Shown here one piece after another: positions 38,341 to 50,271 of a DNA stretch of 64,000 bases. Every line of letters starts with the position of its first letter. The first letter of the stretch is position 1. The stretch spans positions 124,001 through 188,000 of the forward strand of contig NW_019029015.1 of NCBI RefSeq assembly GCF_002105155.1, written 5' to 3'. The notes beneath the pieces were generated by a model that worked only from the letters and a program-made list of their open reading frames with translations, had not been told where the DNA came from and did no database searches. A program made the translations under genes and the position numbers. This stretch comes from Lobosporangium transversale (lineage: Eukaryota).

Positions 38341-41143
38341 TGAGTTTCACCATCCTTTCATCGGCTTTTTATCGGCTTTTTATCGGCTTTTTTTTTTTTT
38401 TTTTTTTTTTTTGATCTTCCCCAGGTTTTATTTTTATTTTATACAAATACGTCCCTCTATTAATGTAGTATCGCTTGGTGTTTTTTCAATGATTACCCCT
38501 TCCTATCAGCCTCATTTAATTAATAACGACCCCTTCCTACCTCATAACTGCGTTTTCTACCGATACTGTTTTTTGTATTAGCAAGAAATTGTATCGCGGA
38601 AGTTTAATCATGATTTGACTTAAGCTCAAGCTCATGAGGCTCTCGATCTATTGCCGATCATTTTCTTGTGGTATCATCGAATTACTTGGTCCGCTCCCAG
38701 ATGACAGTATGAGGAAAAAAAAAGTCTTCCCCTTTTCCAACATTCAATATCCTGCATATACCCCCTCCTTTCCCCTGCCCACTCCCATTTCCTCTTCCAA
38801 CTCTACTTTTTTTTCTATTTCCTTCACTTCTTCTTCTTTCTCTTCCTCTTCTCCTTTTTTTTTTTTTTTTTTTATATTTACTTTTATGCGACATTTGCTG
38901 TACTTACAAAACCTTTCCTTTTGCTGCTTTCTTTTTCTTTAATTTTTTTTTCTTCGCGTGTTCTTTTATTTTTGCTATCGCTTTGTTTGTTTGTTTGTTT
39001 TTTTTTTTTTTTTTTTTTTTGCTTTGCCGATGATTCGTGATGTTCCCTGTTACTTCTCTATTTCTCAAGTACATACATGTGTTGTTTATCCTTTCTTTCT
39101 TTTTTTTGTTGTGTTAGTTTCTTTCTTCACGTTTTCGTAAGCTCTAATAAACCAAAGTTGTTACTAATTTTTTTTTTATTTTTTATTTATTTTTATTTTT
39201 TAATTCATCTACAAATGGAAGTTTACCATTGATGCTCTATGCTGTGTACAATAATACGTTTAATAAAACGAGCCACAAGACCGAAACGAGACCACGGTCG
39301 GCTCTTGCCTTGTTTGGCTGGTAGAAAGAAAACAGTAAACTATAATTTTACACAGAAACAGGAGCAGTTGTTGCATATTTCACAGAACGCTTATTGTATG
39401 AGGTTAAGGAAAATTAAAATTCATGTATTTATGGACGTATATCTTATAGCTCTTCTGAACATGCAGTTCCCTAGAAAACACTTACCATGGATACACTCTA
39501 TCAATGTTACTCGTACACAGACTTGTAGTTATACATTGATATGCTCTGGTGAATCTGATGAATATGATAAAAACTTTAAAGCAAATGATTAAATCCTTGT
39601 CATCAAAAGAAAAAAGTTTCCTTTATTTATCAGAGGATGGATTCAGTATCGCTTTTTGCTTCAATAGCTCCAGTACTTTTGCGTTAAAGCAGGATATCCG
39701 TTGGCTCTCAGGTCCCGGCATCAATGAAGAAGATAGGAGGGACGTTATTAATTGTGTTTATTGCTCGGAGTGAAAGCTATTCAATCGCTCCCTCTTCTTG
39801 CTGGGTAGTGCCTTGTTGATGATCTTGTACAGCACCTTGTGGATGGAGGGAGAGCGAGAGCGGGAGAGAGAGGGGTGGTTTCGCGTTGTTTGTGTGAATT
39901 TGATAGTCAACATCAATCTACAAAACATATAAATGCAAGATATGAAAACAACATTCATCCTCCCTTCACATAAGAGACTCACCCCCACCTCTAATGTCAA
40001 GGTCTTTTGCTGAGCTCCCATTTCATTGAAGAGAAGAAAAAAAAAAAATGTCGATCTTAATAAGCATATTGGTGGCGTTTAAGAGGAGTAATAATAATAA
40101 TAATGAATACTATTCACGAAAAATTGGGTTACGAAGATTTGCAAAAAAAAATTCTCGTCCCTAACATTCCTTGATCGCCCAACATGCATGAACCGTCAAA
40201 TATTTTCAATAAAAAAAAACTCCGCGATGCAAGATGGCATGGGCAAACAACGAGGAAGCATATCAATTGCTTGATCAGTGTCCTCCTCTTATTCGTTCAC
40301 ATCCATTATTGGCGTTTGCTTGTTTGTCTATTAAGCTTTCTGTCTGGCCGTTCAACACAAAGAAACCCATGCATGATTGATGCCAAGCCCGAAAACAGCA
40401 ATGTAGCACATGTCATGCATGAAAGATAGGGCCCTTGGCACCATGGCTATTGCTATGTTCAACTTATACGGACCCCGAAAACTTGAAAAGATATATAAAT
40501 TCATCCTTCTTCCTCCCCTCATTACCGCTCACACTCTCTCAATACGTTCTTTCGCCGTCTGGTGCAGTATCCTTATAAGCAATGAAGTTATGCCAACCGG
40601 ACATAGTGACATCACCATGACAGGGGGGATAGCCTGGTCGAGTTCCATCTCGTTCATTTTCCATTCTTGAGTAAAACCCTGTTAATATGTCAGGAAGGTA
40701 AAACAAGACTGTAGTGACCCTTTATAACTTGATCGTATTAGCAAGACCTGTTGCAGAAAATTTCAGCTTTCGTTTTATTTTGAAAGGTTCAACCTCACAG
40801 AGGATCGTAGGCTTCAAGCACATCCGAGTATATCAGCGGCTGTATGCTCCATGGCAAATCCATATCTTGCTAACCCCGAGGCGAGTGATGATAGACTTTT
40901 GAATATAATCATTGAAGTTGCGGTCAATGTTGATCGGTGGACGGTGGTTATCGTGGTAGACTCTCGATATAAGTTTGTCCTTTAAATAAAAATATCTGAT
41001 CTTGTTATCAACAAGGGCGCACGTTCTGTTAAAGATTTATTTGCTATATACTGAAGTGCCTAAAAGTAGAACACTGCTTATTTACATGAACAAAAAAGGG
41101 GCGCAAAAAAAAAAAAAAAAAAAAAAAAGTTCCCTCATGTCCC

Positions 41144-42409
41144 TTAGAGGCTCTTGTTGAAGCGATCAGCAACGGTCTTCCAGTTGATAACCTCCCAAAT
41201 GGCCTTAAGGTAATCAGGACGCACGTTCTTGTACTGAAGGTAATAAGCATGCTCCCAAACATCAATACCTAACAAAGGAATGAGGCCAGTGGTAGCTTTG
41301 AGGGGGTCCTGGTTGGCAGTTGTAGCAATCTCGAGTCGTTTGAACTCCTTGTTATAGCCCTACATGTTGCAGAAACCGGAGTTGGGCGGCACCAGATTAG
41401 TAGCTGGTTTGTTTGTGTGTAGAAACTAACACTAATGTAAAAACCAAATTCGAGATGTAACATACCAACCAACCCCAGCCAGATCCCTGGACAGCAGCGG
41501 TCTGGGCGTTGAACTTCTGAATGAAATTGTCAAGAGAGCCCCAGGTCTTCTCGATCTCTTTAAGAAGCTCACCGGTGGGCTTCTCTCCGCCACCGCTCGA
41601 CTTGGGGGCCAAGTTCTCCCAGAAGAGAGTATGGTTGAGATGGCCTGAAGGAACAACCCACCAAAATCGGTATCAATGAGCATTTAGTAAGGTTAATTAA
41701 ATTATATAAGATAAAATCCGGTTATATTCACGTGCGTTTCCCGCCTTACCACCACCATTGAACTTGATAGCAGACTGGATGGCGATCTCATCGTTGACAT
41801 CATTGGCCTGATAGGCCGATCCGAGCTTCTCCTCAGCAGCGTTCAAAGCATTGATATAAGCTACATGATGGGGATAGGAAAAAAAGAGCGTGAGAAAATA
41901 ATGATAATAATAACATCAGGGTAGTATTCTCGCATTATACATACTTTGGTGGTGCTTAGAGTGGTGGATCTTCATAATTTCACCGCTAATATGGGGCTCC
42001 AAAGCCTATTACACGTCGATGAAAAGAGTATAAAAACTTTTTTTTAACAAAAAAAAGGTTTTTGGTTCACGAAACGCGAAAAGGACGCGTATTGAAGAGG
42101 GTAGAGGAAGGCAGGACTAGATCATATACCTCATAAGCATAAGGAAGAGCTATTTTCGTAAGCAATAAGCGATTATTTAATAGGCGCGAGAACATTCAGG
42201 TTAGTCTTTAGTGACCCTTCTTTGGATATTCATAAACGCGCCTGCTTGGGCTGCGCAAAAACTAAATGTACATTTTTTTACTCGATGAACAACCAATGGG
42301 CATGCAAACAAGAAAATGACATACCAGGCAGAGTGTGCTTATAACGAAGGCCAGCAAAAGCGGAGGGCTTGCTGATAGAGGCAAATGAGCGCGGAATGGA
42401 ACGAAGCAT
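41144..42409 (-). CDS. SOD2: Mitochondrial Mn-superoxide dismutase, multi-exon, including a 20-nt microexon (42149-42130)
   Basis: Presequence [10 protein letters not shown]..; [47 protein letters not shown]; signature DVWEHAYY. Confidence 0.97.
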
Positions 42410-43329
42410 GGTCGGTAAGATCTGTCGAAGTGGAGTGAAGTGCTGTTTGTCAACAGAATTGTGAATCAGTTTATAAACCAAATGTGTGAGTAGAGCACAA
42501 ACTTGGCCCTATTATTACGTCATTAAAAATAGTCACGCAAAAGTCCTCAAGAATATGATTCACCACAAATTCAGCCTGGATAACCATTGCTTTCAGTATG
42601 GGGTACATTTCTCAGCTCTGGCACTGGGGCTTGCATATAATATCCTTCCGTTATTCCAGAGTAACTACGTTTCAAAAACAATGGCTGGCTTGACACCCTA
42701 AACTCTTTTCATAGGCCTGCAGTCATAATATAGCACGTAAACATTGTATATATCGTGGCGTTTTTTTTTTTTTTAAAGTCAGTTATTTCAACTCTGCTAT
42801 ATTTTTCTTCAGGCCTTTCTGGGAAATGATCCTGCTACTTGTGATGCATTCACGGATGGCCTTAAAGAAGCTATTATTGAAGGGAAAAGCAATGCCTGCA
42901 TCCATGATTCCACGGAACATAAATAAAAGGGTAGACCGCAGATGACATTGCATATGTTGTACCCCGCCATTAATGGTGAACTATGTCTGGTAAATGCTGC
43001 AATATAAGCGACGAATCTCCACTTGTCCGATAAACTTTTCAAAGGATGGGCACTTCTTGGAGATATAATATTCGTTAACTCCAACAACCACATAGTCAAG
43101 TGAGCGCACTTAGAAAGAAGTATCAAGCCAGAGAGAGCGACAACAATAAAATAAATTAATAATAATAAATAAGAGTACCTTCTATTCACCTTTTGTACAA
43201 AGTGGGATTGGAATGATCCATGCAATGAGGAAAGTCTTGGGCTTGACCCAAACACCGAGCTACTCCTACAATACCTTCTTGGGGCTTTTTCTCTGTTGGC
43301 CAATGCATTCAGGAACGTTTCACCTGACA

Positions 43330-43790
43330 TGGCTGAGATTGTTTTTCCCACCATTAATGCTAAAGTGAAGTCTAACCAGTAGAAGATGATTGTGCAGTTC
43401 AAAAGAATGATCCTGCACAATGGGTATCCCAATAGAGCAAAGGTTATGGCTATTCACTTTTTTCAACGAGGTAAACTTGCTCCTCAATATAAAGGTCCTT
43501 TCACTGTTGTTCGGCGTACTACTGGTGGCGCATATATTCTTAAGGATGGCGCTGGCGAACTTCTTGGCCACTACTATAGACTGCCTTCTCAAGCCTGTCT
43601 TGGGCGATCTTGACGATGCCGATATTCACGAATTAGAGTTAGTTGCTAACCACCATACCACTGAGTCTAGTGGAGGGATGTAAAATGGAAAGGTTTTCCG
43701 CCTGAAGCCAAACCTTGGGAACCTAGAGGCCATTTCATTGAGAAAAAGTGTATAAACGACTATGGGAAGAGTCGCAACCTCTCCGTCGAT
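43330..43790 (+). mobile_element. Degenerate Ty3/Gypsy (chromovirus-type) LTR retrotransposon relic: integrase C-terminus plus chromodomain
   Basis: MAEIVFPTINAK..*..GKLAPQYKGPFTVVRRTTGGAYIL (GPY/F motif), followed after frameshifts by VKWKGFPPEAKPWEP..CINDY (chromodomain). Contains stops and frameshifts; no LTRs recognised. Confidence 0.8.
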
Positions 43791-44809
43791 GCAAGACCTC
43801 AATCACAGTCTTGTCGGAAACTGCAGGTTATCCGAGGTCAGCAAACGGGCAGCGCCAAAAGCACGGAAGGTTAGATGCACGCAGCAATGCTTGCAGCGTT
43901 GGTGGGTAGAGCAACATGCAGAAGCGATGTGAGAAGGGTCATACTCGTGTACGCCACCACTCATAGCCATAAGACCTATAGCACCATGATATACTCGTAA
44001 AAGAGCTTATTTTTATTTTATAATATTTTTCTCCATACCTGTCATGAAATCACTAGAGGGTTATTTTTTCCCTGAAAATTACGTGAGGGTTCGTTTTTTT
44101 CTCAACCGTGGAAAAGGGGATTATGGCTTTATCGGCTCTGCTTTCAGCCTTTCCCTGGGGAAGGATTGTGATTATAATTACCTTAATCCCTTTATCTAAA
44201 TAGCTAATTTACATCAGTATTCTTTTCTGATCATCAAAATAATGACCCTCATTCTTGCCTCGTTACATTTCAAGCCCATTATTAATTTATATCAGGTTTG
44301 ATTCCCTAGTAACCGCTGTAGAGACATTGAAGACCACTTTCTAATCCGGTCCCCACTATATCCCTCGATTTGCTTCGAGTAGCCATATTACCATGAATCG
44401 TGCTCTTGACTGAAAAAAAGCAGAGTAGCATAATTCAAGGATCAAAGATTCAAGCGACACGACTGTGTCCCTTTTTTTGAAAAGTGTCAAACGTACAGCC
44501 ACAAATATTTACGTAATAAGAGACGACTGGTGGCAAAAGCATGTAACGGTTGGATTGACAGTGGCTGAAATGAAATACTGTATATCAGTATAAAGGGAAC
44601 AGATCCGCCCTTTCCTTTCTCTCTTTTTTGTCTTATTTACTTTCCAGCTTTTTCGCTTTCATTGCCTTTTTTCCTTTCTTCCCTAAACACTCCATACTCT
44701 TGTTACTCCTCCTTCCTTAGTCATATCACGAGTTCATCTCATCAATTAGCCCACTGGTTTTTCTCCTTCCTCACCAGCTAATTCACTTTTTTGTCTAATA
44801 ATCACACCA

Positions 44810-45228
44810 ATGACAGACGAAATTTCACTTGTTTGCATTCTCGATGGAGCGTCAACTACATTCGAAGTGGACATCAATCCCCGAAGAACTATCAACTATC
44901 TCAAAAAGGCGATCAAGAAAGAAAAAGAAAATGCTCTTCAAGGCATTGATGCCAACGAACTCAATCTTTATCATGTCTCTGTTCCTGATGAGGGGACTAC
45001 AGTCAATATCGCCAATGTTGAATCAAAAGAGTCACTCACCAGAGGATCAATCAAGCTTTCCAACTTATTTGGTACGTCACCTTTGCCTGAGGAGACTATC
45101 CATATCTTTGTTCAGCAGCTATTGGAAGGTAAGGGATTAGCTGTTTGTTCTCAAAGCTTTGTGTGTGACATCATTGATCAGGAAGCAATTCTCGAAATAT
45201 CATTGATCTTTCTGATTTTTATCTTTCT

Positions 45229-45262
<34 letters not shown>

Positions 45263-47621
45263 CACAGCTGTCATCTGGACGAAGACCTCAAGTATCCTTG
45301 CATGGGTTAGGCAATATGAACGACCCATCGGCACTAAACAAGCTCCGGTATGTTGTCTATTGTGTTTATATTTTGCGTGTACATCGCTATAAGTTATGAG
45401 TAGACGGAAGATTTTGTGCTGATTCCTTATTATTCTTATTATTCTTATTATAGCTTGTTACATCTTTTGGTTCAGAATTCCCACTTCGCCGCCGAGAGGA
45501 AACCCTTCACGTATTATGGGGTGGAAATCCTTGTAGAAAGGGCGTCTTTGGGCGATTTAAAAACCGCAGCAATGACGACAAGAGCCTACATCCAATCCCA
45601 TTTCTTGCCTGTGGGCCAGGTACAGGCAAAAGCAGGTTCCTCCAATTTCTTGGAGGAGTACTACGTGAAATGGCCAACTCTTGCGGTGACCAGAGCGTCG
45701 AAAGCGCCTTCTCCAATATGGTCTCAATCAATATTACCTATGGCAGTGACACTGCTGCCAGTCAGTTCGATGTCAAGACTGGAGGCGAAGCATCTATCGC
45801 CGTTAGATTACTCTACGAATATTTTATCAATACCAAAGACTCCGGTATCAAACCCAAAGTCGATTTTGACTCTTTTCTGCAAAAGGGAGGCGTTGAGCAA
45901 CTCGATTTGTACGCCGTCATACAGGTTATTCAATCTGATATCATCAGCCGCGGTACATCCACCAACGATTTCTCTGTGCTGGTCATCGGCATCGACGAAG
46001 TGGATCAATTATACAAAGTTTGCCCAAACACTCTTCAAGAAGCTGTACGCGCTATTGGAGCACTGAGCTGTAGCATGGCAAAGCCTTTTTGTATCCCTAT
46101 TATGGCAGGTATAATCCTAGAACCCGTCATAAGCATGGCCATGGGATCATATATTATCCTACCCCTACCTCTTCCTCTTCTTACTGACGCCGACGTGATC
46201 GAAATTGGCCTTAAGCTACCCTGACTATAGACGGTAAGGTTCTGCATCTGACTGAAGACTACCTAAAGAATGATATACTGTTCCGCCGTAGTATTGCAGA
46301 CATCGGTGGGGTGCCAAAGGCTGTGGAGCTTTTCTATCACCTCTTTGTGGATCGCTTAAAGAGTATCAAAGAAGTGTCTGACCAGGCTGAAGACCTTTTG
46401 GAGTGTCTGCGCAATGTCAATATCGTGGCCATTATGCAGGGCCTGGCAGATCGTTTAAGCAAACTCTATCCTTTTCAGGGCTACGTGGAGCTCATGACAC
46501 CTGTACTTGCAAAGGCTATTTTTGATATCCCAGTCGTAATGTATTGTATTATTGGAGATGGCACAACCATTACCTATGAAAACCTCATGACAACCGGTGT
46601 AATACATCTGGAACAAGCTAAGGAGCGTGACATGTATCATGTACGTGTCCCATATTTGTGGCTAGTTATATTGGTTGACGCTTCCAAGAAATGTCAATCC
46701 AAGTCGCCTTTGAAGTACTGCACCGCTTTTATCGATTCAGAGCAAGGTGTCTCCTGGGCAGGCTGGGAACGCTTCAATATGAAGTTCTTGGCTCTACGTC
46801 TATGCCTTTTCTCTTACCTCGGAAAACAGACTGTGACTCTGGAGGAACTTTTTGAAGGTGGCTGAATTTGACCCCGAGTTTCCAGAGTTTGAAGTTGAAA
46901 TTCCAGACCACCGCAGTGTTACAGTGCATCAATTGCTCGAAACGTTCCCTGATCACGAGGCTGCGAAGGATGTGGACGGCATGGAGCATACTAACTTTCT
47001 TCGAGAGTTTCACAAGGTATTTGTTAATGGCAAGGGTGCCCCAGCTGATGGCTTTACGCAACTGCGTTTACAGGACAGAGGAGGTAGAGGAGATACTGTG
47101 CCTTTGTGTTTGTTTTGTCAAATGAAGTGGACCGAAGGAGAGGATTCAAAGGAGCATAGCGTTATCGACCAAACAACGATTGACGAGGAAATTACCAAGA
47201 TTGCCAAAGTGAACGAAGTTCTTAAGGAACGATGTCAATCCTTGGAATGTGCCTTTGGTATCTTTTCAAATCGATGTGAATCTTCCTCCAAAGTGGAGCT
47301 TCACTCCCATACATTCATGGTACACAAAGGAAACTTCCGGGAATACTATGGGTACACGTTTGCAGGTCGTGCACACTTCTCAGGTTATAATTTTTTTCTG
47401 TAATCGTTCTATATATTTTATATGTTTCAATAATACCATTATCATGTTATACAGCGTCTTCCAGACCTGAACACCATATCAAGCATGTTCCTGGAGTTGG
47501 GAAGAAAATCTGTGAAGAAATCGTGAGCGAGCGAAAGAAACGACGATTTGAGAACGAAGAAGATTTTAAGAAAAGGGTGAGAATGTTTCCAAAAAAGGAG
47601 CAAGCGTCGCTTTTATTCTAA
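44810..47621 (+). pseudogene. Crinkler (CRN)-family effector gene with two frameshifts: Ubl header, P-loop NTPase, PD-(D/E)XK REase, helix-hairpin-helix
   Basis: Header LVCILDG..FEVDI..LKKAIK..IDANELNLYHV..TIHIFVQ. After two introns: Walker A ACGPGTGKS and Walker B VLVIGIDE; DIGGVPKA; APADGF..FCQMKW; last exon HVPGVGKKICEEIVSERKKRRF. Frameshifts at ~46221 (-1) and ~46860 (+1). Confidence 0.85.
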
Positions 47622-47999
47622 CCAATCAATCACCAGCGAACCGACTTTGCAAACTGAGAGATGGATCCATGAAATCTGGCATTTGTCGCTGTGAGCAAGG
47701 AGATCAAAGTATTAGTCAAACTAGAAGTGAATCAACGGTTTTCGAGAACAAGCAGGTCCTTGTTAATTTTTGAAATCGCTTATGTAAAATACAATAAATG
47801 CAATAGAAACTCTAAACGTCATATATATGTATCGTAAACAACATCAAGTATGAAAGATGAAAATAAGTATATTTCCTAGGAAAGACGTATACGTTTATTA
47901 ATTTGAGAATTTGAGAATGAATAGCCTCTGCTTGAATATCCGCTCGAGCCGCTTATATTTGTTTTATGCCTCCTCCCGCTGCGTATAAAATACATCAGA

Positions 48000-49070
48000 T
48001 CAGAATGTCGCGCCATAACTATCGGATCGGATCATAAAGAAAAAGAGGAAAAAAAAAAAAAAAAAAAAAAAAGCGAAAAACGTGTTTATATTTTTATTTC
48101 TTAGTAAACCAGAATCCAAGAGCAATGGCGGTCAGCACTGCGAGACCAGCTCCAGTGTACAACCCCAAGTTCCCAGCACCACCAACATTCTTCTCTGCAG
48201 CCGATCGACGGCGTCGTCGTTTCTTTTTGTCTGTCGATGAGGATGGTGCTGAGGACAAAGAGGATGAACTGGTAGAGGTACGAGTGGAAGTACGAGTTGT
48301 AGACGAGGAAGTATAGAATGAGGTTCCTACATACCCGAACGTGCGCTTAATCTCGGTCCAGTAGTAGTTGCTCCAATTCTGGCGGGTAATGTCCTGCTCT
48401 CCAATAGGGACGCCCTCCTGCTTGAACTTGATCACTGTCGAGTCGGTATTCTGCGAAATGTCCAAGGTAACAGTGGAATAATGGCCTAGAGGAAATAAAA
48501 GAAGAAGTAAAATAACATAGTACATTGGAGATGAGCCCAAGGTCTCGGATAGAGACAGTCAGAGTTATGACTATATTGCTGAAAATAGATCACTCACCTG
48601 CAGGCCAGGAGCCCAAACGCCAGTTCTGGACAATTTTCTTGTCTTGGACCAGTTCTTTGATCTCGCCTGTAACATTACCGTCAAAAAAGCTGAACTTTGC
48701 TCCGACCTTGGGCTCAATGGTTGACTTGTTACTACGTGTCCATGCCTGAACCTTGGCTTGATTTAAGAGCACATCATAAACATCCCGTGCAGATGCTTGC
48801 ATTTCAATCGACTCTTCCAGAGTAGTAGTATTAACGGCGGCAGCGCCACTGAAGGTAGTGCTGATATTATTGGCTTTGACAGTAGAGGGAATAGGGGTAG
48901 ATGTACCTGACGATGACACAGGAGTAGAGGGCTTTGAAAAATCACTGTCAACCTGAACATCCTTGCCATGGACTATACACATGAAAGCAAATTAAAGAAA
49001 AAAGAAAAATGGCCTCAGTCATTATCAAAGTCCAATCGAAAAACATAAATAAAAGAATTAATAATAATTG

Positions 49071-49101
<31 letters not shown>

Positions 49102-49963
49102 GACTGTAACATACCACGAATGAGATCTCCTGCAAACTTCTCAAGCTTATTGCGGAGAAGAGGAGCCAGATCCTTGCGGATCAAATCTCTGATAGGTTGT
49201 TTGGCATTACTATCAGCATCAATAGTAACATCGAACTACAAAAATATAGAGTATATATACTAGTTAAGAATCTTCCTAACGAGCTGGGGATGAATATTGA
49301 CAAATTGCCCCAAACGTCTACTTACGACATAGTCTTCAATATCGGTGTCATGAGCGACTTCAGGGATCTCAATCCTGCCATTGACATCGGTTCCATCAGC
49401 AGTCTTGCCTAGAAGCGTAAAAAAAAAATTAATTAGTGCCAACCAATCAAAGAGGAAATACGATTAGAGTGCGACGTTTTAAAAAATAAACAGGATCGAG
49501 ATTGTCTGTTCAATTTGGTGGCGAGAGTTGCTTACATCCCCCTCTTCCCAATTCAAACTTCTATCAAGCAGTTCTTATTTATTTTATTTTATTTTTTATT
49601 TTTTACCTTCAAAAGTGATAGTAATAGCAACGTCAAAGATAGTGATGATCTTGCCCTTGCGCTGATTTACATCCACATCTCCTGTCACATTTGTCACAGC
49701 GAGGGTCTTGACTGTTGAACCATTCGCCTCTGCCGAAACGTTACTTAGCTCATTCTCAAAGTAAGTTCTGGCCCAGTTGATACAGTTTTTGTCAACCCAG
49801 TGCCTATAAAGTAATATAGATAAGCATTTGTTTCTTGTGTTCCTTCTGTCAAATATATTCCATGTAAAATAAAAAAGTTTAAAAAGTACGAGGAATAATA
49901 ATGAGCTGCAAGGAAATGGAACATGCTTTACCAGTTGTTGACGTTCTTCATGTCCTTACTCAT
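48000..49963 (-). CDS. AHA1: Hsp90 co-chaperone Aha1, multi-exon; spliced form ends FGYGATF* (terminal exon 48018-48000), intron-retained form ends at 48094
   Basis: N-terminal NVNNWHWVDKNC; QRKGKIITIFD; GRIEIPEVAHD; C-terminal START-like domain FSFFDGNVTG..IVQNWRLGSWP..NWSNYYW. Confidence 0.95.
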
Positions 49964-50271
49964 GGTGGAGAGATGTGTATTATATGGATAAAGAATAAAA
50001 ACCTTTGGGGAGAGAGAGAAAGAGAGAGGGATAGCGAGTGTGAAATATTCAAGTCGATGGCAATTCGAATGAATGAAAGAGTCCGATGGAAAAGAAAAAA
50101 AGAAGAGTGGAAAAGAATGGAAAAGTGAGGATCATTGTCTTTGTGTTCCCCTGATCAGAAACATGGAAAAAAAGACGTCACTTTTTTTAAATTTAGCCTT
50201 TAATTCTTTTTCATTCTTTCTAACAGTTCCTGCCAAACGCAAACCCCCTATTCCTACGCCACACAAGAATC

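Noticed and set aside
39540..40960. Stop-interrupted coding-like stretches
   Set aside because: No recognisable domain or consistent splice model.
42515..42522. TTACGTCA (ATF/CRE-like site) upstream of SOD2
   Set aside because: Plausible stress element, but a single 8-mer cannot be supported without conservation data.
45416..46066. 216-aa ORF overlapping the Crinkler gene
   Set aside because: Shadow frame; the Walker A/B-containing frame is the one continuous with the spliced CRN exons.
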